Source: a virus
Taxonomy: Duplodnaviria > Caudoviricetes
Virus record (IMG/VR): IMGVR_UViG_3300032232_000469
Location: 1 to 27,065 of that record
Strand: one strand, 5' to 3'
DNA length: 27,065 bases
This document shows positions 9,201 to 21,200 of the stretch, piece after piece. The position numbers and the translations under genes were made by a program. The notes below the pieces were generated by a model. That model searched no databases, had not been told where the DNA came from, and saw only the letters and a program-made list of their open reading frames with translations. The stretch's first letter is position 1, and the number at the start of each line of letters is the position of its first letter.

Positions 9201-12200
9201 AGTATTTGGTTCAAACAACTATCGTGATCTAGGAGTTGTCGTACCTTACGGAACTAGTATTATTCAAAATAGCGCATCACTAGTTTTACCGGGTGTATTC
9301 TTACGCAAGAAAAATAATTATCTTTTTGAGGCATTGATGTTTAATAGCAGAGAATATATTAAATATAAATCTTTGCTTGTGTCAACGGTTGATAGCATTG
9401 CGTTTGAACAAACATTTAATCCGTCTGCGATTCTCGACACTGCTATTGCACAGATCGCATCAGTCAAAAGCCAAGAACAACCGTTCTTTTGGAGTGACAT
9501 GGTGCCTGCAAAGGCTCCGGTTATCGCAAACAGTTATACGTTCAACAATTTCTTAGAGCAGGCGATATTCCCTTTAACTAGAACATATGATTTTGAAACT
9601 GCAAATTATTATGCAGTGTTAGTTTATGTAACAAGAACTAGTGTTATAACCGGAATAACCACAACTAAACTATTATTAAAAAATACAGAGTATACGGTAA
9701 GCACTACTAGCCCGTCACTAACGGTAACATATGATTTACAATTGGGCGACATTGTAACTATCAAAGAATACACTCAAAGTTATGGAAGCTATGTACCAAA
9801 TACTCCCACTAAACTTGGCTTATATCCTGCAACTATTCCTGAAGTAGTATTAGATATCGATTTTATTACGCCAACTTGGTTTATAAAGGGTCACGACGGG
9901 TCGTACAACAAGTTATATGGTGACTATGACCCCTTAACTGGAATACTTGTCGATTTCAGAGACCAAGCTTTATTTGAATTTGAGTGCAGAATTTATAATA
10001 ATCTCAAGTTGAGCAATACTATTCCTATCCAAGAATATGAGGTACTGCCTGGATTCTTTAGAACTACAGATTATACATATGATGAATTCCTTCGAATATA
10101 CTCACCTACATTCTTGAATTGGATAGGTGAAAACAGAATTGATTATAAAACTCAGTTATATAACACTAACAACGAGTTCACTTACAATTATAGTAATACT
10201 AGCAGTAAGATTGATCCTCAAGTAATTACAATAGGTGGATGGAGAGGAATATACGAATACTTCTACGATACTTCTACCCCTAACTTAACTCCTTGGGAAA
10301 TACTGGGATACACCGGCAAGCCAACTTGGTGGGACGCACGTTATGGCGCAGCACCTTACACTAGCGATAACTTAGTGCTATGGGGAGACTTGGAACAAGG
10401 AATTGACTGGAATGACGGTAACCCTGTTATATTACCGCAAGCAATACGTTCAGGGTTAACTAGTGTTATACCAGTTGGTCAGCAGGGAGAAATATTGTCT
10501 CCACTCAGAGCGGTTGTAGGTAACTATAATCCTAATATCTTCCAAAGAGATTGGAAAGTAGGCGATGTTGGCCCTGCAGAATTCAGCTATCGTCGCAGTT
10601 CTTCATACCCGTTTGATTTAATGCGAATCCTTGCATTAACCAAGACTGCTAAATTCTTTAATTTAGGAGCGGACTTAGACAACTACAAGTATAACGTTGA
10701 ATTTGGTCAATATTTGGTTAATGATAGAAGCCATCTTGTGCTATCTGATATTCAAATTTATGGCTCAGGTACAGCAAAGACTTCATACATTAACTGGATA
10801 GTTGATTATGAAAAACAATCAGGTGTTGATGCCACACAAAGTATTACTGATACACTAGATAATCTTGATGTACGTTTAGTATATCGTGTAGCTGGATATA
10901 GCGATAAAGCTATGTTACAGTTTTATGTTGAAAAAAGTTCAGCCAATGATGTAGATTCATCACTGTTAATTCCGGACGAAAGTTACAGCGTCTTGTTGTA
11001 TGACAATCAACCATATGATAGAATCGTTTATAGTCCTGTTATTGTGCAGTCAACTAGCAGTGGATTTGCGGTGTTTGGAAATTCACAAGACACTGCATAT
11101 TTTAGAACAGCGACACCAAAATATAACGGCAACTATTCTAACATCACTGTTGATACTCTAACAGTAAAAATCACTGACGATTATGATTTAACGGAAGTGA
11201 TAGTGCCTTACGGTACTACGTTCTTTTCTTTACAAGAAGTTGCACAATTCTTGATGAGTTATGGCAAGCTCTTAGAATCTAAGGGTATGCTGTTTACAGA
11301 TATTGAAAATGCGATTGAAATAAATTGGAATACCATGATACAAGAGTTCTTGTATTGGGCACAATTGGGTTGGGAAGTGGGCAGCGTTATCACATTGAAC
11401 CCCTCAGCTATATCATTAGTAATTGATAAAGAAGACCAAATAGTTCAGCCTTTAACTATCCTAGATAGTAATTTTGTGCTGAACCAAAATCTATATCCTA
11501 TCAAGTCATCAGACCTTTCTGTGATAAGAGATGAAACATACTTTAGTGTTAAACCGCTAAACAAGCTTGACACTGTTGCATATGGACAGTTCAACATGAG
11601 CAATTTTGAACACGGTATAGTATTTGATAATACAACAGTGTTTGATGATGTGATTTATAATTTGATTACTGGGTTACGACAAAACAGAATTTTTGTACGT
11701 GGCACTAAATCTGCTGAATGGAATGGCACAATAACCGCATCCGGATTTATTTATAATCAAGATAATATTGTTGAATGGGATAGGCAATTTAAGTACACCA
11801 AAGGTTCTATCGTTAAGTATAAGAACAGATACTGGACCGCACTTACTATCGTACAGCCTAGTAATATCTTTAACGAAAGAGAATGGAGAGTTACTGACTA
11901 TAATGAAATTCAAAAAGGGCTATTACCCAACAGCAGCACTCGCTCATATGAAAGCGCATTGTATTATAACATTAATCAGGCTAACTTAGAAAATGATGCT
12001 GATCTGTTAAGCTTCTCGTTAATTGGTTACAGACCAAGAGACTACTTAGCAATTGCAGACTTGACAGATATCACACAGATTAATGTGTATAAGAACATGA
12101 TCAAGTCTAAGGGTACAAAGAATGCAGTTGATACCTTTAAGGGAGCAACACTGCCCCAAGGTGGCATAAAATATGATGTTTATGAAAATTGGGCAATTAA

Positions 12201-15200
12201 GTCAAGTGAATTTGGCGGAGTTCTAAACAATAACTTTATCGAATTTAAGTTGAATCAAAATGTATTAACCGGTAACCCGCAAATTGTAGGATTAACAAAC
12301 GGTGTAAGTACTAATGGCGTTCAGCAAGAAGTTCCCATCTACTCGTTGTTTAATTACAACAGACCGATTGCATCGCCGGACGTATTGCCGATATTAACTA
12401 GTGTACCCACTCCATTATACCCTGATGCGGGATACGTGAATTTTAATGATGTTAAGATGTCATCGTTCTTTTATTCACAAGCAACTAGTGCAGTAAACAT
12501 AAACAATATCGTTGTACCAATTCAGAATTTCTATGTTAGAGATTATTATTGGGTTGCAAATTATCGCGGACAATGGGAAGTTCTGACTCCAGCTGCGATA
12601 GGTCAGGTTATTAGCGTAGTTAGTAACTTGAACGGAACGTCTACTGTTACGTTCTCACAGGATCATGAATTAACAAGATATCAGTCATTTGCTATTGTTA
12701 ATTTTGATGCTTCGGTTAATGGTTATTACACCGCTGATACTATTATTAACACTAGACAAGTTTTAATTACTCTGCAAGTAAACACTAATAATAGATCCAT
12801 TACAGGTTACGGAATTGGATACAGATTTAATTCACAGCGCGTGGCTACCCCAGCAGACATTATCAATCTTCCGCTACTTAACGCAGAGTTCGTAAAGAAT
12901 ACTGTTTGGGTAGATGAAAATATAGACGGCGATTGGGCAGTATATAGAAAATCTCTTAACTACCAACAGCAGGCACAATTTAATAATCCAGGCAGTTCGG
13001 CATTTGGTTCGGCAGTAGCATATGACTCTAGTATTGGTTATGTAGTAACTGATCCTAACGTGGGTGAATTATATCGATATGCCTATAACCCCTTATATGC
13101 ACAGTATTTGCTTGAACAGACTATTTCAGCAGGAGTATCGTATGGTACTGCTGTAGTACATAAAGCTAACATCTTAGTAGTTAGTGAACCAACTGGTAAT
13201 CGTAGGGTTCACATTTATGTACAAAATGATACTACTTTAACTCAAGATTTGACTGTTTATCAAACTTCAATCAGTGCCCCAGTTAGCGCAATAGAGTGGG
13301 GATCAAACTTAGCACTATCAGGTGATACCAATTGGTTATACATTAGTGACTCTGCTGGGCAAAAAGTATATGCGTACAGAAGACAGAATTTTGCAGTATC
13401 TTCTGGTTACTTTGTAGTTGGCGAAACATATACGATTACATCTGTGGGTACAACGGATTTCACGTTGATTGGCGCTATACAAAATAAAGCTGGTATAACT
13501 TTTATTGCAACAGGAACTGGGTCGATTGATGATACCGGCACTGCAATACAAGTAACATACAAGTATTCTACTGTGATTGATGGTACTTTATCTGGTCAGT
13601 TGTTTGGTGATGCATTAGCAACTGATTATTACGGTGATACTGTATTAGCTAGCGCACCCGAATATGATTATGCTGTAACTGCTTCCAATTCAGGTATTGC
13701 TTACGCTTACACTAGAACAGTTCAGAATATTGAGGTACAGTCAACTAGTGAGGTGTATAATCCTACTACTCAGATTTATAAAACGCAAAAATTTAATTTA
13801 GCTTGGACTCCTACTCCAACTACTACAGTAACTGCAAGTGCTACTGTTGGAAGCACCGGTGTAGTAAATTGCAGTATCGACATGAGTGTCTTTAATGTAA
13901 ATGATACTATTATCTTTACTGCTGTTTCTGACCCTAATACTGATTTTGGCGACAGTGGTATTAGCCCATATGTAACATACTATATTGCTAGCATTGGCAC
14001 TAACTTTATCCAACTCAAGCGTAATAGGTCTAGCAGTACTACTGTAGTATTACAAAATTCAGTAGTAAACTTAAATGTGTATGTACAAGCTGATCCAGTA
14101 TACGTTATGGTTAATGGTACGGTAGTTGATCAAAATCAGTTTGCTGTTATAGGTAATGTACTGAATTATACTGGTAACTTAAATGCAGGCGATATTGTTA
14201 ACGTAAGCGGCAATCAATTCACGTTGCTCCAAACACTAGTGTCGCCGAATACTCCAAGAACAGGGGTACAATTTGGTAAAGGGTTAGATGTAAACACATC
14301 TGCTTCTGAAATATTAGTTGGTGCACCATTTGAACTTTCTGGCGATAACCAAGAGGGTGCAGTCTATCGCTGGACTAATGCAGGTGGAAAATTTGGTATT
14401 GTAACCGGCACAAGTGAAGTTGAAGTAACCGCAACTAGAAATTTATTGATCAACGGTTACTTAGTAGTACTTGATCCATCAGCATATGGTGGAACAATGA
14501 ATGCAAGCCAAGTTGCAGAGCAGATTAATTTACAGAACATTACAAATATTGTAGCATCCGCTACAAACAATATATTAACTATTCAGGTAGTTAATACTAG
14601 TATTGCACAGATAAATGAGAAGGTATTACTTTCAGTTGTTGATTCTGCGACAGTATCTGAATTGGGTCTTGAGATATACTCACAGACTCAAACTATACTG
14701 TGCCCACACGTATACGGCACGACTCAATTTGGTAGAACAATCAAATTTAATGAGTACGATTCATTTGTAGTTGGTGCTCCAACTGGAACAAGATTTACTG
14801 CAACCACGTTTGACTTTACTGATGATGAAAACTTAGATAACGATACGGTATTTGATAACAATGCAACACAATTTGTTGATTCTTATCCAAGTGCAGGCGC
14901 AGTGTACATGTATGATTACTTGGGAACATACAACGAGAGTTTAACTAATTTAGGTAACTTCGTATATGCACAAACCGTAAATGACTCTGACCAAGTATAC
15001 GGCACACGTCCGATGTATGGCTACGCACTTGACTTCTCAGATTGGACTGTGATTGCAGGCGCTCCTGATTATAGAATTGATACTACTACAGGTTGCCAAG
15101 TAAATCTGGGTGACGCTGGACAAGTTACAACGTTCTACAACAGTGTAGGACAAAAAGACTGGTCTGTTTACAGAAGTTCTTCGTTGGTAGTAGATATCAA

Positions 15201-18200
15201 TCGCATACAAAATATACAAATCTATAGCGCAGAAACAAATAATACGCTGGAAAACTTAGATTACATAGATCCTTTACAAGGTAAGATTTTAGGTGCAGTA
15301 AGACAAAACATCAACGTAGTATCTAACATTGATCCTGCTGGATATAACACTGGGACAAATGTAAATGGTAAATTAGTTTGGGGAGCTGATCATGTTGGAT
15401 CAATTTGGTTTGATACTACATCGATTAGATTCGTTAACTATCATCAAAACGATGTGACATATAACAGTAGGTATTGGGGTGCAATATTCCCAGGATCTGA
15501 CGTTGCAATATATAGTTGGATAGCAAGCACCGTTCCTCCTGCATCATATCAGGGTCCAGGTACACCATATGATATTACATCTTATACAGTGCAAGCTGGA
15601 ATTAATTCTGCCAATACAGTAGTACCTACTTATTATTTCTGGGTAAGAAATACTGGAATAGTATTTACCAAAGCAGGCAAGACGTTAGCAGATACGATTA
15701 TTGCGTCATATATTAGTAATCCTAGAAATTCAGGTATTGCTTATATGGCTCCGTTACTGCCAAACGTATTTGCTCTTTACAATACACAACAATATGTAAA
15801 TGCAAAAGATAGTGTGTTGCACATTGGTTATGAAACAGGTAACAACAATGATGTAGTACACAACGAGTATACATTAATTAGAGAAAATTACGCAGATGAC
15901 TTTTTACCGGGCGTACCTGATTTGCTGACAACCGATCATCTAACTGCTATACACGGTACTGCAACTTATTCTTCTGCACCTCCAAAGGGTCTCTATGATA
16001 GATTCTTAGATAGTCTGTCAGGGGTTGATGAAACCGGTGCAGTAGTACCTAATCCATTATTACCAAAAGCAGTGCAATCTGGTGTACTTGCACGCCCTCG
16101 TCAAAGCTTTTTCTTTAATAGATTGGTAGGACTAAAGAACTATTTGCAATATGCAAATGAAGTTCTTTCGCAATTCCCGATTTCAGAACTACGTCCAGGC
16201 GCGTCATTCTTATTTGCTCAAAACCCAATCACATATAACAGAGTGTTGAATGCATCTGATATGGTTGCAGGAGTACAGTACGAGATAGTAAGTATAGGTA
16301 CTACTAATTATACACAAGTTGGTGCAGGATCAAACACTGTTGGTGAGGTGTTTACTGCGACTGGTCCTGCTACTGGTTCAGGAACGGTTAATGTTATTGT
16401 AGGGTATGCTCCATATTCTGCAGGTAGTTTCGTAGTTGGAACTCGTTATTCTATTGAAACTGTGGGCACAACTGATTTCACATCGATCGGTGCTTCTTCT
16501 AATACGGTTGGGGTAATGTTTACTGCTACAGGTGCAGGTAGTGGCACCGGAACTGCGAACCAAGTATTGTTTGATGTGGGCGAAGAATACGATGCTTCTA
16601 ATTATTGGGATTATGTTACTTGGTGGGCTGATGGGTATAACGACAACACTAAACCAGCAATACAAGTTCCAATTTATGCTTCTCTATCAACACTAAATGT
16701 ACCCAATGGAACTATTGTGGCTGTTGTGTCTAATGGTGATGGAAAAACAGAATTTTACCGTTATGAAAGTGATGCTAATACTTGGACTAGAATAGGGTTA
16801 CAAGCCGGTACTATACAATTCAAGAGTTCACTTTGGGATTACGCTACTGCAAAATATGGTTGGGGAGAAAACTATTATGATACGACTCCTTACGACCTAT
16901 ACCCAAGCGAAGAAACTAGATATATTGTTCGCGCATTAAACGAACAAATCTACACTGATGAGTTATTACTTTTCAGAAATAAAAGTCTCATCTTGATGTT
17001 CGAATACATTCAAAGCGAGACAATAGAGTCACAGAATTTACTACCGTGGTTGAATAAGACTTCACTTGTAGATGTAACTCACACTATTCGTGAATTACTT
17101 CCTTATGAAGTATTCCAGTCAGACAACCAAGTATTCTTATCTGGGTATCTAAATGAAGTTAAACCTTATCACGTACTGATTAAGGAATTCTTATTTAAGT
17201 ATACAGGTATTGAAACTTTTGAGGGCAATATAACCGATTTTGATTTACCTGCTCAATTCGATAACAGTGTCAATCAGTTTATTACTCCGCAATTAGTATA
17301 CGCTAGTCCGGTAGGCGATAATCAATTCTTACCCGATAGCATTATATGGAGTAATAAAGAATACACACAATGGTATCAGAATTATGGCTTAAGTTTTACT
17401 GGTGTAAATGACTACGCTGTCTCTAGACTAGTTTCGTATATGGATCTAGCTACGAATTCTATTGCAGTAGAAAATGTTTGGGGATTCCCGATCAACGGTA
17501 CAATCACGATTGGAACTGAACAAATTGTCTATAACGATGTTGATAGAGATTTAGGAATTCTTTATAATTTACAACGCGCAGTAAATGACACTCAAATATC
17601 TGATCATTTACCCGGCGAAACTATTTACATGAATTTGCCTGCTGTAATTCTACTTGATAGTGGAAGAGGGTATCTGAATCCACCAAGAGTTACTGCGTAT
17701 ATTGATACTTCGATATACCCCGTACCAACAGTTGAAGCAGTTCTTCAACCAGTAATGTACTTGGATCAAGTTCTTAGCATTAATGTGATTAATCCTGGAC
17801 AAGGGTATGCAGTACAGCCAGAAATAATTATCGATGCTGCACAATCGGTTGTGTTTACTAGCACTGACGTTGATACCCGTTCAAACACTATTCGTCTATT
17901 TGCTGAATCCTTGCAAACAGGTGATCTAGTTAGATATGAATTGGGTACAGGCACTGCCATAGGCGGATTAGTTGATGGACAGTGGTATTATGTGGCAATT
18001 CTTGAAACATTGCCGGTGCTTGTAATCGCTCTGTACAATAATTACTCTAACGCAGTAAATGATCACGATAGAGTTGAAATCTATTCTCAAGGGACAGGCA
18101 ATCACACAATGAATTTGGGTGCGCGAGCGGTAGCAGTAATGCAATCTACTCCGATCAGAGAAAACATTACTACTCTGCGTTTTGACAGAACAACGTATAC

Positions 18201-21200
18201 TTCACAAGTTACCGATTGGTCTGCAAACACATTATATGCAGCTCCATTCATTGGTGATTACTATACCAGTCAAACATTATCTGCTTCAGCAATAAAAATG
18301 TATAGTCAGTTACCTGAGATAACATCAGTTGAAGCAAGCGGTCACGGTTGCGTAGTGCAAATTACTGATGTACAAAATCAGGAAGAAACTTATTGGTCAA
18401 CATTTGTTCGTTACTTAGATAGAACTTATTTGACAGTTGACGGTAATAACTTTGTAATAAGATTATATGTACCAGGGGGATCGTTAACAAACGCATCAGG
18501 TTCTACTGTTGGTTTTACTGTTGGAATGCCGATTAAGTTCGAAACGGTTATTGATCTTGATACATTAGCTAATATACAACCAAACACAGTGTATTATGTG
18601 GCTCAGGTTATTAATGAGACTGATTTCACGATTACAGATGCTAATGGCAACATAGTTCAAGTGTTTGAATATAATTTTGTTAACACCGATGTTGAAATAT
18701 TTACTGCACAAGTAGTAGACACTGCAATATTAACAGTTAATTATCCTGGTATTCGCACTGCGACTGCTATTAGTTCGTCATCTGCGATTGAAAAATCATT
18801 TGGTACAATTGTTATTCCTATCACCGAAGTTGGAACAGGCGGCACAGGTGGACTATACACTAACGTACCAATTTACTTTATTGGCAATGTGTTTGGTGGC
18901 TTGATTGAAAATCAGATTTACTACGTAACTTCTGTAATTGACACAGAGAACTTTACTGTTTCAGAAACTCAAGATCCAGTAACAATTGAGGTATATGATA
19001 CTACCGCAGTAACTAACGTAGTAACAATAGAAGATTCATCTCAGCTAGCAGTATCGACTCCTATTGTATTTGCTAATGGAACTGCATTTGGTGGACTACA
19101 GTTACAACAAGTTTACTATGTTACTCAAATATTGAATATATCTGAAATCAAAATTTCAGAAACAGTAAACGGAACTGATCTAGTTCTTTCAACTGATTCG
19201 GGTACTTTAGACTTAATTAGCCAAGCAAATACCGTACAGTTAACTGCTGCGACAGGATCAATGTCGGTAAATATTGGCTTACCAGTAAGCCCTGGTCAAG
19301 TATCAGGTCAAGAATTTACGTTATATCAAACGTCAAATAATTATCCAAATATTACTTCATACACTATTGATAACGTAATTACTGCTAATGCAACCGCAAC
19401 ATTGGCAACAGTTAATCGTGTAATACTTGATGACATAACCAATATGTATGTTAACATGCCATTGCAAGTTGACACCGCAGTAGGTGGTTTAGTACCAGCT
19501 ACACTTTATTACGTTGTTGATTTAGATCAAGTAAGTGTCGCAGTTACTGATACCCAAGCTACAGGCAACTTGATTGTTTGCGATTCTACTGATTCATTGT
19601 ATGTAAACATGCCCATAACATTTGATGGAACGGGCATTAGTAACATTGTGAGTACTAACCAATATTATGTAGAAAGTATATCCGGTTCAACGCAATTTGC
19701 TATCAGTGAAACAGTTGGTGGCCCGCAAGTATTGCTTTCAGATGCATCAGGTGATATGACTGGATTTGGTTTATACTACATCACTGTATCGTTAACTGCA
19801 CCGGGTGGTACTACAGAAACTTTAGTTAACCAAATAACTGATTTTGGTATTACTCAGTACCCATCTGTGCAGCCAGAATTCAGTATAAGTTGGATATTAG
19901 GTGGTTATCGTGCAATTCTTGTTAACCCAGGCGAAGGTTTTGCAGTAGATAATATTATCACTATAAGTGGCGCATTGGTGGGAGGAACTACTCCTACTAA
20001 CGATGTCACAATGTACGTAGATACTATTGGTACTATGGGTGAAATAGAGAAGGTGATCTTAACAGGAACGATTCCTTCAGTATCTACGGATTATTATCTA
20101 AAAGCTATATCAGCAACGCAATTAGCTGTTTATAGCGATCCATTGATGACACTGCCTGTAAGCGGCAACGGATTTAGTTATGTGGGCTTTACTTCTACTA
20201 ATGTAACTCAAGTAAATACTGCTAATGTTGTGGTGTCCGATTCATCACTGTTCAGTGTGAACGATTCTGTTGTGTTTACAGGAACAATGAACGGTGACTT
20301 AGTAGACGGTGAAACTTACTTTATTACTTCGGTAGATTTAGTATTGCAAACAATCGAACTCAGCGAGTTACCAGGCGGCGCAATCTTTACTATTAATGGA
20401 ACAGGTAATGTTTCAGGAATTACTATGTCTAAGGCAGGATCATATGCCTTCTTACCAGAGCCATTCTACTTTGATCAAAGCATTGTTAAGTACAACAATA
20501 AAGTTTATGGTTGTGTAGTAAGTAACGGCGATCCTGATTTCGTATACGGCAAATGGGAATTATTAAAGTCTAGCGACAGAAGACTGAATGCACTCGACAG
20601 GATTGTTGGGTACTATCAGCCAACAGACAATATGCCTGGGCTTGATCTCAGCCAATTAGTAGCTAACATTGTTTATCCAAATAGTACATATTATGGTAAT
20701 CAGTTTGACCCTGCAGCACAGTGGCCGCTTGATACTGTTCTAATAGACGAACCGTTCTACCCAACAAACGTTAATTTAGTTTCAGTGACTCATGACGGCA
20801 ACGTATATTTGGCTCCAGCTAACTTACCTGATTATACTGCAATTGCAAAAGATGATGCTGGCACTCAGTGGGATCTTTACAAATTAGCCGATGTACCATT
20901 AGCAATAACAGATATCTTGTATGCCGGCAACAAGTACTTAATGACTTCCACAAACTCTCCTACTGCAATCTTTAAGAGCGTAAACGGAATTGCTTGGAGT
21001 ACTGTAGGATATTATACTGCAAATGCTGCATTGCCCTGGATTGCTGATGCAACTGGTATGCAAAAATTAAGTTCAGCAGGATTATCATTAGATACTGCTG
21101 CATATGCTAGCAACGTATGGATCGCAGCAGGCGACGGCGTTATTGTTTCTAGCGATGATACTTATATTTGGAGAGAAACTTATACTGGTAATGCTACGTT

